DNA of 64,000 bases from Neoechinorhynchus agilis (lineage: Eukaryota > Animalia > Acanthocephala): NCBI GenBank assembly GCA_051530055.1, contig CM121342.1:3905489-3969488 (forward strand). Direction: 5' to 3'. A program made the translations under genes and the position numbers. Shown here in pieces: positions 45,235-57,770 of this stretch (positions within the stretch are counted from its first letter, which is position 1; each line of letters opens with the position of its first letter). Under the pieces are notes generated by a model, which was not told the DNA's origin, ran no database searches, and worked only from the letters and a program-made list of their open reading frames with translations.

Positions 45235-48200
45235 TCAGAGATCCAAATCTTCCATTAATTGGTAATTCGGACTTGCTTCCGTCAAAAAGATCTTCCTCTG
45301 TTCTTGAAGAAACAATTTTAATTGTTTTTCCATATCTTCTTTTGATTCAATTTGTACTGCGTCGACATTGAGTTCTTCAGGAAAGCGATTTATCAACTCC
45401 AGCTTCCATCCAAATTCACCATCACCAAAGCTTACAGGATCGATTGACGTATTCACAAACATATAAAATACGTTGTCGGTCTCATTTACCAAATCCACAT
45501 ACTCGCAGAACCACGGGACTTTACTTTCTTCGCCACTTTCAAATCTCAATTCAATACTTTCCAAGTCTCCAACCGGCATTCCATCATCAATTTTCTTAAA
45601 AATGATATGTCTCATCACGTCCTGTTCCAATACTCGAACATTGATTCTATCGGTATTTCCATGAGAGGAATAGACTACCAGATTGAACGTTTCGGATTTT
45701 CGAATGTTCGGTTTGTCTATTTTGGCATAGAGTCGGTAGTTCGTTGGATCAGTTCTGCGCGTACTGGTATTTAACACGCTTTTTATTGTCAATGATCGAA
45801 ATTTCGATTTAGATGAACTGTTAGACGTCAACCTCAACAGAAATTCCTCATGCGTTTTATGTTTCCGAAGAATCATATACGGAATAGGCCAATCGAGTTT
45901 ATCACCCGCATCGTGCCATATCGTAAATTCAAAACCATCTTTGACTTCGGCTAAATCGATAAGTTCAACGACGTTCATTTCCCCTCTAAAATACCCATCC
46001 TTGTTCGTTTGTATGCATTCCATTACGCCCAAGAAAAACCAGCAAGTTCTTGAAAAATAAAGATTTCATGGCATTTAAAAGGAATGCTAAGCTGAACAAC
46101 AATGCGGGCATTTCGTGATTTCGGAAGATTCGGTATGTGGATCAATGAAAAAAGAGAAATTTAACATTTCTGTTTAGACGACTACACGATCCGGATATCA
46201 TTGGAAAGGTTTATACGGGAATAAAGGTGAGAAATACGAACGTTAATAAATTTTGGACAACAAAGGGAAACAGAACGCGTGAGAAGCTGGTTTTCCTTGC
46301 TTAAACTAACTGTTTCCGATTTCACATTGTTTCTGGCGTCAATTAGCTTCACAAAAAGCGAAACTCTGGTATCGGAGAGTTTGTCGGCATCCGAAGTAAC
46401 TTTGAATGTGGGTCGCAACGTCAGAGTGTAATGTGTCAGCTCTGAACCACGTTTAAGTGCCTTTCTGAACGCATAATATCGAGACAGTGCTATTTTGAGT
46501 GCCGGGTTAACCGTTTCAGTCGCGTAGATAATATGGTCCTTGCCGTGTAAAGTGAGAGTACGACGTTGAAAAACGTTCAATTCGTTTTTTCCTGTAGAAT
46601 AGAAAATCATGGTTACACCATGGCCATCATCTTTGAGAGCCACGTTGCCATTAAATTTGACAGTCCATCCGTTCATAAGATCCTCCACAACTACATCCTT
46701 CAGTTTCCAATTTCGTTGGTCTCTGTCCCTATACAAAAGTACAATAGCTTTCACTATTTCAACTTCCTGCCAAACAATAAAGAATTCGTCCTTTTGGTTC
46801 TTCTTAAACGGATATTTATTAGTTTGAGATTTACTTAGGATTATCAGAGGCGAAACCAATGATGGCCCAGCCATAAAGCAAGTAACCGTTGGAGCCACGT
46901 CAAATCCAGAATTCCCCGTCTCAATTGTCACTCGGTATATCGTCATTATATCTTCAGGATATCGTGTTCCTTCTTTTACATTTTCAGAAAATAACTTAAA
47001 AACCTTATTTTCGTTTCCAATTGTAGTTTCTATCGATGAGTCGATTATTCCCCTTCCATCTGCCTGAAACTTTTCATAAGCACCAGGAAACACACCAAAA
47101 TGATCGATCCGTTGATTTGTAGCGATGTTCGATTCGATTTCGGATCCACAGAAATACTGATTCAAATAAAAATTGATAGGAGCATTTCCGTCGCCCGTTA
47201 CGAGCACAGCTACAGAACTAATGCGCGCTCCGTCATCTTTATCTTCGAAATCTAATTTAAATCTCATCGTTTCTATTTGAAACAAGTGGTTCAGAAAGAC
47301 AATCTCCTTTGACCACCTGAATCGTGTATGTCCAGCGCAACGGTCGGTAAAAAGATTCGAAATATGTCTTGTTGATTAGCGAGAAACCCATTTATATTAT
47401 TAGTTGGATAATAGAGATGTACTGGTTTCGTATTTCTGCCTGAGAAAGTTGCGAAGCAAATTGAACCAGCGCATTTCTTAAGAGGTATCTTCCTTTCTTT
47501 AGTGATCACAACAACTAATGCACGCGTTAAACTCGTTTTGGGTTCCGTCAGGGAAAAGGGAACAAATGAATTTGCGTGTGCGAGTCCTCCAGAATGTCCC
47601 AAATATAAAAGAGCGTTTGTTCTATTATCTCCTTTCCAATTACAGAGCCATCTATTAACAGGAAACAAAAATCCGGTATTTTGGTCAGTGGCATAAATAC
47701 ACATCGTTTTCAAATAAACTCCCGAAGTTCTACTGCCCGTCATCAATTCTACGAAGAGTTTGGAAATCATATCAATTTGTTTGTCCATCAAGATTTCAAA
47801 GACCGACACAGAGTTTGATTTCAGCGTAAAGCCCATTTTGTGTAAATAGAATCTTCTGGAGGACACTTCATTCAATCCAATGATGATAACGAAAAGACCG
47901 TCTTTTCCACTTGTAAACTTACAAACTTCTTCTGTTTCAAGTTGAATAACATATTTGAATTGTTCGGCCGATCCTCGGTTGGCGTCGTAAAAGAACTGAT
48001 GCCTACCGTCTTTTTCTATAATTGCATCCGGAGTTGCAAACGTCGAACTAATGAGTCCTGATTCAAACATAACTTTCTCAACACTGAATCCACCGGAGGA
48101 GCAAACGATCGTCATTTCCATGTAGACGGCTCTACCGATTTGAAAAACGAACATTTCAAATGGGGCCATTTTTTGTTCCGATGTCGCATCGAGTCGATAA

Positions 48201-48451
48201 TGCGGGCATTCGTATTTTAATATTGGCCCAGAATGACCAACAAATGAAAATGTAAAGTCGATGTCAATAGAAATGTCTTTCTTAATTATATTGTCGAAAT
48301 AAATTTCAACTCTCGAGAAAGTAGAATTGTGACACTGTTTATCTCCCGTTATCTCATAAGCTTTGCACGAAAGCTGAATCTCATCCGTTAGAAATTGGCA
48401 TTCCCGATTTTCGTTGTCGTACTCTTCCTTCTCCCTTGTAGCCTGCGACAT
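45235..48451 (-). CDS. Multi-PLAT/LH2-domain protein (LOXHD1-like), at least 3 exons
   Basis: Repeated PLAT signatures: YLKTMCIY..GFLFPVNRWL; YRVTIETGN...WKLKDVVVED; FNLVVYSS...WFCEYVDL. A 44-nt GT-AG intron at 47273-47316 joins the first two ORFs. Confidence 0.7.
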
Positions 48452-48618
48452 TCTTGATTTATTCCTTTCTAAACATAAAGCGGTAATTAACTATTAAAGA
48501 ATCTTCTAGAAGGCGCAAAACATTTAAACATTTTTCCCGCACCAATCTTGCTCGTATGAAACGAATTTAATAAAGACTTCATGTTCGGCTTACGACTGTC
48601 GCACTCAAAAATTAAAAG

Positions 48619-48859
48619 TGTGACGTCACTAATAAACGAATTCTAATTGAAAAAAAATGCGAGATACGACAAAAAAAATAGGAACCTCGCCATAAAAAGA
48701 GTTCAGTTTTCCGGATAGATAAGACCCTTGGAATCGAACCCACGCCCGAAAACACTAAGAATGCAAATTGGTGCTGATTTTAACGGATGAGAAGAATACA
48801 CTAAAAATCTCGTGGTGGTAAATTCAGCTCAGAACTGTGACGTCACTAATAAACGAATT
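48619..48859. promoter_or_regulatory. 24-bp direct repeat containing palindromic CRE-like TGACGTCA, upstream of the PLAT gene
   Basis: tgtgacgtcactaataaacgaatt at 48619-48642 and 48836-48859. Confidence 0.4.
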
Positions 48860-48879
48860 TCACCTTGGAATGATCAACA

Positions 48880-48966
48880 CCTAAACTCATGAGTGAGTTT
48901 CCTCTTTTCAGCAGTATTTCGTTCCCTTTGATGTTGGTCATTGGAGGTAACGGAATCGAACTTACC
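48880..48966 (-). mobile_element. Diverged partial copy of the tRNA-SINE
   Basis: Reverse complement: gttcgattccgttacctccaatgacc...gggaacgaaatac...ggaaactcactcatgagttt. Confidence 0.75.
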
Positions 48967-49651
48967 AATTTGCGATGCCATTTTTGTGATGCGCACCAAA
49001 AATGATGACCCAAAGGCATCGGAGAATGAAACGCAGGTTTATCTATCCAAGTGCTCAGTTTCCTATTGGCTGCAGGAATGTGCTAGTATCCATGTATGGT
49101 GCGTTTCGTAGTTGGAAAGGCTCATAGAATTGATGATTATCAAAATCGATGATTGGCGTCCCACAATTTTCTCTTGCAATGAACAGCATCGAAAAAATAG
49201 CGGCGATAAATTTGTATAGAAGTTAAATAAGGAAAGATAAACTGCTTTTCCTAATCATCGAAGAAAATAATTGCCAAGATGAAGGTAAAACTGTTTCCCA
49301 TTGACAGTTTACGGATTTGTCTATGAAAACGGTCGTTATATCGAAAAAGATTGCATTCTAAAACCATTTGTCCGTCGGCAGCACTTCGAATAGATTTAAA
49401 TGTTCTTTGTATTTCATTTGTGCCCGTAACGCTCCTTCACTGTCGACGTTCAAATCAAAAGACATAACCTGGCTATTATTTTTTTGTCATTGAATCGCAC
49501 ATTCAGAGAATTTAGAAAGCTCTCCACATTTCGCAAATAAGAACTCGATCTGGTCCATAGACCTCCAAAATAATCGGGTTTCATTTATGGACGGCTGGCA
49601 TTTTATTCGCATTTTGACCATTGGATGCATCGAAGGAACCCTTAACGATCC

Positions 49652-49950
49652 ATATGACCGAATCCATTCATTCCTTTCACATCTCTTACACTTATCAATT
49701 CACTAAAGATACTGTTGAACCTTTTTTGCGCTTTAATTCTCAATCGTCCTTCGATTCCGTCTTATATATAGCGAGATCTCTCAGTAATTCCTCCATCTCA
49801 TGATCTATTCTACACCTTTATTGATCGGCCCCTTTACAATGCGTCTTTATGGATTATTTGTTGACAGAGATTGTTTGTTAGTAATGGCGGATCCGAGATA
49901 GTGGATCGAAATATCCAATAAAATCTTAATTTCATTTATTTTCTCCTATC
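49652..49950. repeat. Dispersed, internally inverted copy of the 284-bp array unit
   Basis: 49652-49864 matches the unit's 3' part on +; 49890-49950 is the reverse complement of the unit's 5' part. Confidence 0.9.
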
Positions 49951-50188
49951 GAGAAAATAACAATGAATTGTCTTTTTAGATTGTCCTTATTTAAGCAAAT
50001 TAAGCGGTTGAAACAAATCTATTTATTTTGAACCGATATTTTAGAGTTTTACTCCTTCTTAAGGGTTTGCTTGGAAATGTCGGTAGAAACTAAATATTCG
50101 TTTTTAAGAGCTTAACTTGCATAAATGAGGACAATCTATGATTCCTATCCAATTGTTCCTTCGAGTGGATGTGTATTCTCAATGGCGA

Positions 50189-50390
50189 ATTGTTCTCCCA
50201 CTCGAGTTTTATTGAACTCTTCATTCCGAATTTTTAAGGCCTTAAAGCATCCTTCTTAAGCATTGCTTGTAAGTTTTTAAATATGTGAGTTCGTCTAATT
50301 TAAAGAACTTACAAGCAATGCTTGAGAAGGAGGCTGAGGCCTTGAAAATTCGCAATGAAGAGTTCAATAAAACTCGAGTGGGAGAACAAT
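50189..50390. mobile_element. Foldback/MITE-like inverted repeat (~90-bp arms)
   Basis: attgttctcccactcgagttttattgaactcttcatt...aagcattgcttgtaagtt pairs with aacttacaagcaatgctt...aatgaagagttcaataaaactcgagtgggagaacaat. Confidence 0.85.
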
Positions 50391-50429
50391 CTATTATGTA
50401 ATTGTCGTCGTTGGTCGGTCGCTTCGGAT

Positions 50430-50940
50430 TCGTCAGTGTAATCCAATTTTGTATCGGAACTTTCTAAGGATCTGGGAAGGGACACTGGATTGTTCCCAAT
50501 TTGTCGTTTTGTCAGTTACGTGTTTGAGTTTCTCAGTTCGGTAAGTATTTATCACGGATTGGGGTTCGATGTTGGTTTTTGATCTTGTCTTTAAATCTCT
50601 TCGATTGTCCTCCGCGTAGTTGTTTTGGGTTCCTTGTGTCATCCATTTTCTGAGCAATTAGCACGAATTCCATACTCAGGGATTTTGATATCTCAAGGAC
50701 TTTGTTGTTAGTCACATAGTCTTCCCATCTGATTAGGGAAAGATTTGATGGAGTTGATTGAGTCTCTCGAGGATCTTGATGTGTTCCCGTTTCGTGGATC
50801 AGGTTTTTTAGCCGTACAGCAAAGTTGTGAAAACGATAGCCCAACAAATCCGGACGTTTGCGTCAGTTGAAGTTGTGGAATACTCATTGTCGGAGATTTT
50901 TCCAAATGACGCTGCTCGAATTCTTGCACTCTTCGTCAAT
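50430..50940 (-). mobile_element. RTE-clade retrotransposon 3' fragment
   Basis: IRWEDYVTNNKVLE...MDDTRNPKQL.RGGQSKRFKDKIK. Confidence 0.75.
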
Positions 50941-52044
50941 ACATTCAATTCCGGTCAATTGGACGAAATTTTAAAGAACCAAACATGAACCAGCCTTACA
51001 ATATATTGGTGTAATTGTACCAAAACAATCGCCCGGAGCATACAAATTGCGATTCCAGCTATCTTTATGGCAGAAAGCGCCAGGAACCACTGTTTGATAG
51101 AACTCATAAAAAGATTTTAATTTTGAGTTACCAGTTGACCACGGTGTTCCAAAGTATTAATAGGAGCTTATAAAGCAAAGATGATCGTAGTTTATAACGA
51201 TCTTGAAACAGAATTTAACAATAAAGTTCTAGAATCTCGCAACGTTTAGCGCTGATTATCAAGGGAGGTGAACTCTTTAAAAGATTCTCAACAAAAACAA
51301 TTAGATCGGACAATGTTTTTTAAAAAGAATCTTTCAACAGAGGCACAAAGCATTCTTCACTTTAATTTAAATATAAAGAATAGAGCACTAAGAAAAAACT
51401 GCCCCGTGATCTTTAAGCCAATGAACAAATTAATTGACATGGTAAATCAAACTAGTAGAATAGTTGAAGCCATCAATGCTGTGAAAATATGAATCCATTG
51501 GTTAAAAAGAGAATCAAAAGTGCCAATTCTTAAAAGCCGATTAATCATCTTAAAGAAGATGTTTAACTTCTGCTTTAATAATTAAATAAAAAGAAGTACT
51601 CGGATAGATTTTCAAAAGATTCCCTGCATTACAATTAAATCGATCACATATTAATCTCGTCTTATTCTTGAGCAAAGTATTTCAATTTTATTTGTAAGAC
51701 ATTTCTCACAAAATAAAGATAAAAAAATATTAAAAGTATAGTTGAAGAAACGCAAATAAATCTTAGCATTTTGAGTAGCAAAATACATTGCAACGCGTTT
51801 CTCATGAACTTCAGAAAGTTTTAAAATTATGTTCGCAATTCCTCGATCGCTAAATTGCGCTCGGTACTCTAGATTACAATATTGAACCTGTAAGTGATCT
51901 CATTCGCAAACAACGAAAGCGTCAAAAAACGTTTTGTGTTTAAAACAAAACGGTTATTTCAAGTGTAATCCTGATTCTGTTGAGGTACTTGATTTCATCC
52001 AATAGACGTTTCCAGTTAAAATTCATATTTAGATAAGATCAATT

Positions 52045-52725
52045 ATGTTCAACGGAGGTAAGTTCACTTTTTGGCTCATCATATTGGACTTTTTATTCGC
52101 AATCTTAGATTATTTTTATGCTTCAGTAGCGCCTAGCAATATGGAAAACACTGACGATCCAAGGATCCCGGAACGGGAAGCACTTTTAAAACATTTTTTC
52201 TTGACGATATTCATAGTCTTATTTATTATAATATTTTCGATTGCGCTACATCGACTATTGGAAATAGTGTTAAGAAGAAGACGAACTAGTCTTCGGAGAG
52301 AGTCTCTAGGTGCAAATCGAAAATTTCTCAATTCTCTAGATAGAGAACTTTCGATGAAAATAGAGAAGCAACTCAGACTGCACATCTCAATCGGTTGTTT
52401 GAACCGGATCGAGCAAACGTAACCATCGCGGAACAACAAAGTAAGTGCTATGCAGATTCGAATATTTTGTTACGTTCAATACACAGATCAGGGTTGTCGT
52501 TTGATGGACCGAATCTCAATGAGCTGCTCATGGTTGCCAAGTTGTGTGAGATCTCATAATTGCGTGATTCAAGTGGACGATGACCACCTTCCCAGTTATC
52601 AAGAAGTTTGTGGGATTGAAGCAGGTCAACAAACCGATGAAATTGAACTTCGACGATCTGCAAGTCTGCCTGTATTTCGTGAAAGTAATCAATTAAACCG
52701 GAACATCAGCAAAGACAGTTTATGA
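52045..52725 (+). CDS. Hypothetical membrane protein (signal/TM plus second TM, LPSY motif); possibly two exons
   Basis: ORFs 52045-52422 and 52450-52725; hydrophobic FFLTIFIVLFIIIFSIAL followed by RRRR. Confidence 0.4.
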
Positions 52726-52919
52726 GCGATAATGCTTAATTATTCGCATATTTTTTTGGGCACATTGTCTAAAATTAAGTGATATTTAAATATATTTAAT
52801 TAGTAAGCGGTCGAAGGGAGATTAAGAGCATTTTGGTTCACCGAAAACTGCTTTTGTAATCTAATAAATCCATATATCTTTCAGACTATTTATTGCAAGA
52901 GCAGGAACCAAGTTTAGAG

Positions 52920-55900
52920 TTAAAGATTATGCAAGTTTCCATTAATACTCTTTTCATAATTTCGGCGATCTTCTTCACTTACAGTCGGTTTGACGATCTT
53001 AAGAGCTTTCTTAAAGTCACTCATTGAAACCTCCAGCGTTCCTACGACGGTATCTTCACTCCGCTCTTTTAAAACCAGCATTGAAGCCTCTGTCAGTAAT
53101 GCTCTAAGATCAGCCCCACTGAATCCATCAGTCAAAGTAGCAATATTAGAAAAGTTTACATCGTTCGCTAACGGAGGGCGCCCTCCTCGAGTCATCCTTT
53201 GTAAAATATCTAACCTTTCCTGTTCATCAGGTAGTCCCACGTATACAACTCGATCAAATCGACCGGACCTTAACATTGCTGGATCGATTGCATCTATCCT
53301 ATTGGTAGCGCCTAAAACGTATATCGATTGCCGAACCCTCATCCCGTCCATTTCGGTTAAGAATTGATTGACTACATTATCACCGGTACCAAAACTACCA
53401 AGTCCACCCACATCACTTCCACGCCGCCTACATAAAGCATCAATTTCATCAAAAAAGACAATATCAAGACCGATATTCCAAAGAAAAGACACTAAAATAT
53501 CGGCCTCTAAAGTACACGGCTGATGAAGTCTTGCTTCGGTGAATACTCTCCGCACAGCTCGCTCACTTTCTCCCAAATACATATTGAACAATTCAGGTCC
53601 GCTAACAGCTAAGAAATTTACATTGAGTTCTTTAGCCAATACACGAGCCAATAATGTCTTGCCGCATCCCGGAGGACCGTGAAAAAGAAGACCGGCCTTC
53701 GTTGTTAACCCCAAACTTTCGCACAGCTCGGGTCTAGTAATGCACGATAGATAAGCTTTTAAGTCGAACCTTACTTTAGATTGCATAGATCCTCCAATAT
53801 CGTCCCAGCAGACGTCCTGAGGATTTGTAATGGCATACTGAGAACATCTTTTGGAAAGAATATCAATCTCCGAGATACTTTGACGCATGCATTTATCTAC
53901 ATGATCAATCGATGGTGGGTCTTTGAGTTTTGAAACGACTCGGACTACAAGATCTTCGAGCTCTAGAGACGCAAATCCTGGTGTTTGGTAAGAAAACTCA
54001 TTAGCAAGTTCGCGAAGTCGTCCTTCATCCCCACAGGGGTGAATCGACTTTAGCGCTTTATAAATATATGAAGATCGAAGCTGTTGGTTTGGAAGTTCAA
54101 TTAATATTTCACGATCGAACCGAGTCCAGCGTCGAAAAGAGTCATCGATCGAGCTAATTGAGCTTGTGGTTCCTATTACGATGCACCGCTTGAGTGGAGA
54201 ATTATGAATTAAATCCAATAGACGACTAATAAATCGACGGTTATCATTGAGTGATTGAGACTCATTGGAAGTTCCAATCGAACTATAGTGCGATTTATGA
54301 ACCGTTCAGTTTACTAATACGGTCCAACCGAAATCCCAAATGTGACAAATTTACCATTTAAACGAATATTTTCAAAGACGATCTGTTAGCTTTAACCGTT
54401 CCAATCAAATTATATCCGATAATTACATTGATGTTTAAAATACACAAGTGCTCCACACTACCAAAAACGTAAATTAAAAAGTAATTATTTTCATATTCTA
54501 AACTAGCATCGTGATCGGTTTAAAAAAATCTTCATGCGAAGTCTTTAAATGAAACGCTGAAAAAAAGCTACAAAAAGGAAAGCTCGGTTTAGGACTTAGT
54601 AGTGCTCAAATTGGAATAAAATTGAGTTTCGAAGACGGCGCATTGTACTTGAAAAGTGATTTCGACCAAAGATTAATTGTTCATCCATTCGATTAGTTTT
54701 CGAAGATGGAAATCCCGAACGATTAAACTTTTCTCTTTATATAAAACGCTGAAAAAAAGCTACAAAAAGGAAAGTTCGGTTTAAGACTTAGTAGTGCTCA
54801 AATTGGAATAAAATTGAGTTTCGAAGACGGCGCATTGCACTTGAAAAGTGATTTCGACCAAAGATTAATTGTTCATCCATTCGATTAGAGTTTTCGAAGA
54901 TGGAAATCCCGAACGATTAAACTTTTCTCTTTAAATGAAACGCTGAAAAAAAGCTACAAAAAGGAAAGCTCGGTTTAGGGCTTAGTAGTGCTCAAATTGG
55001 AATAAAATTGAGTTTCGAAGACGGCGCATTGTACTTGAAAAGTGATTTCGACCAAAGATTAATTGTTCATCCATTCGATTAGAGTTTTCGAAGATGGAAA
55101 TCCCGAACGATTAAACTTTTCTCTTTAAATGAAACGCTAAAAAAATCTACAAAAAGGAAAGTTCGGTTTAGGGCTTAGTAGTGCTCAAATTGGAATAAAA
55201 TTGAGTTCCGAGGACGACGCATTGTACTTGAAAAATGATTTCGACCAAAGATTAATTGTTCATCCATTCGATTAGAGTTTTCGAAGATGGAAATCCCGAA
55301 CGATTAAACTTTTCTCTTTAAATGAAACGCTGAAAAAAAGCTACAAAAAGGAAAGCTCGGTTTAGGGCTTAGTAGCGCTCAAATTGGAATAAAATTGAGT
55401 TTCGAAGACGGCGCATTGTACTTGAAAAGTGATTTCGACCAAAGATTAATTGTTCATCCATTCGATTAGAGTTTTCGAAGATGGAAATCCCGAACGATTA
55501 AACTTTTCTCTTTATATAAAACGCTGAAAAAAAGCTACAAAAAGGAAAGTTCGGTTTAGGACTTAGTAGTGCTCAAATTGGAATAAAATTGAGTTTCGAA
55601 GACGGCGCATTGTACTTGAAAAGTGATTTCGACAAAAGATTAATTGTTCATCCATTCGATTAGAGTTTTCGAAGATGGAAATCCCGAACGATTAAACTTT
55701 TCTCTTTATATAAAACGCTAAAAAAAGCTACAAAAAGGAAAGCTCGGTTTAGGGCTTAGTAGTGCTCAAATTGGAATAAAATTGAGTTCCGAGGACGACG
55801 CATTGTACTTGAAAAATGATTTCGACCAAAGATTAATTGTTCATCCATTCGATTAGTTTTCGAAGATGGAAATCCCGAACGATTAAACTTTTCTCTTTAA

Positions 55901-57365
55901 ATGAAACGCTGAAAAAAAGCTACAAAAAGGAAAGCTCGGTTTAGGGCTTAGTAGTGCTCAAATTGGAATAAAATTGAGTTCCGAGGACGACGCATTGTAC
56001 TTGAAAAGTGATTTCGACCAAAGATTAATTGTTCATCCATTCGATTAGAGTTTTCGAAGATGGAAATCCCGAATGATTAAACTTTTCTCTTTGAATGAAA
56101 CGCTAAAAAAAGCTACAAAAGAAAGCTCGGTTTAGGCTTATAGCTCAAATTGGAATAAAATTGAGTTCCGAGGACGACGCATTGTACTTGAAAAATGATT
56201 TCGACCAAAGATTAATTGTTCGTATATTCGATTAGAGTTTTCGAAGATGGAAATCCCGAATGATTAAACTTTTCTCTTTAAATGAAACGCTAAAAAAATC
56301 TACAAAAAGGAAAGCTCGGTTTAGGGCTTAGTAGTGCTCAAATTGGAATAAAATTGAGTTTCGAAGACGACGCATTGCACTTGAAAAGTGATTTCGACCA
56401 AAGATTAATTGTTCATCCATTCGATTAGAGTTTTCGAAGATGGAAATCCCGAATGATTTAACTTTTCTCTTTATATAAAACGCTAAAAAAATCTACAAAA
56501 AGGAAAGTTCGGTTTAGGGCTTAGTAGTGCTCAAATTGGAATAAAATTGAGTTCCGAGGACGACGCATTGTACTTGAAAAGTGATTTCGACCAAAGATTA
56601 ATTGTTCATCCATTCGATTAGAGTTTTCGAAGATGGAAATCCCGAACGATTAAACTTTTCACATTAACAAAGCACCGCCAAATTTTCGTGAACTTCTCTA
56701 AATCTTTGAGAACCATTCTTAAACCGCATTCGATGTAAATCGTGCAACATCACGACTTTCACTCCATAGTCATCACAAACTGAACATCTTTCCACTTTCT
56801 CCAATAAATCTTCTGCTTCTTTAGACTTGAGAGCACAATCACATTCAACTTCAGCCAAAATTGAACAGTCAAATTCAAGACAAAGTGAGTGAGCTAACGT
56901 TCGTGGTTCAGATCGAAACGATCCACCGATGAGAAGAGACCGAATCTTTCTAAGAAACACGCATTGATCGTTTCTCTCAAACACGAGTTGTCCGGTTGCT
57001 TTCACGTTAGTAAGAAATTCCTCACTGGCAAGGAATTCATCCAAACGCGTACCGAAAGTTTTAGCGTTACCAATCGATTGATCATCATCGACTCGTGATC
57101 GTTTATTGGCACATTGAGAAAATAGACGACGATATTTTCGATAGGTTTTAAGCAATTGTTCGTCTTGTTGGACGACTCGATGGGCGCTATGAATCAGCGA
57201 TTCCTTCAGCCATGGAATACGCCTTCTTCTCACTTCGGCGTATCGATTTCGCAAACTCTCAATCAGCGGATCGAAATTGATGTTTTTATACCCTTCCGAA
57301 AGCCTAGTTTGATCTTCCAATAAATACGCCCGGACGGCCTCATCGAGAAGGTTAGATACGGACAT
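52920..57365 (-). CDS. NVL: AAA+ ATPase NVL/Rix7 (ribosome biogenesis), two exons
   Basis: D2 GPPGCGKT, GPELFNMYLGESERAVR, FFDEIDALCRRR, VVNQFLTEMDG, GATNRIDAIDPAMLRSGRFD; an in-frame GT-AG intron 54283-56724 gives HDLHRMR|SIGTSNES...LLDLIH. Confidence 0.88.
54543..56660. repeat. Tandem array, ~194-bp unit, ~11 copies, filling the NVL intron
   Basis: ctacaaaaaggaaag recurs at ~54567, 54759, 54953, 55146, 55340 and onward. Confidence 0.95.
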
Positions 57366-57495
57366 CGGGGATTTTTTTAAACGAAAAGACCAACACGAAG
57401 TGATGTTTGAAGCTTCTTTCTCGGAGGACGTTCAAGAGGCAGCGATTGAACACTCTTGGAAATGTATTTTAATCTTTTTTTATTGCGAATCACTC

Positions 57496-57575
57496 ATTTG
57501 ATAATTTTCGGCCTTGTTCAGTCCATGGCTTCGTGAGGAAAATGGTCTACGCGAAGGCCGAAAATTATCAAATTA
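57496..57575. repeat. Short inverted repeat sharing aattttcggcct/aggccgaaaatt with the 16.3-kb foldback
   Basis: atttgataattttcggcct...aggccgaaaattatcaaat. Confidence 0.75.
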
Positions 57576-57770
57576 TTTTTGATAATTCGCTATAAAAAAA
57601 GTTATGCGGTCAGCGTCCGGGGGACGATTTAATCTAAAATTGTCCTTTAAAAAGAAACAATAAAAAGATTATTTATTAAATAAAAATAACTTAAAAAAAT
57701 TATATCGTAAAATGAGCCATTTAAACATTTTCAGCCATTTATTTTTAAATAAAGTTTCAACAATAGAAAA

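Noticed and set aside
13450-56660. Hammerhead cores in the other six tandem arrays
   Set aside because: A by-eye search of both strands found no CTGANGA/GAAA pair with supporting stems.
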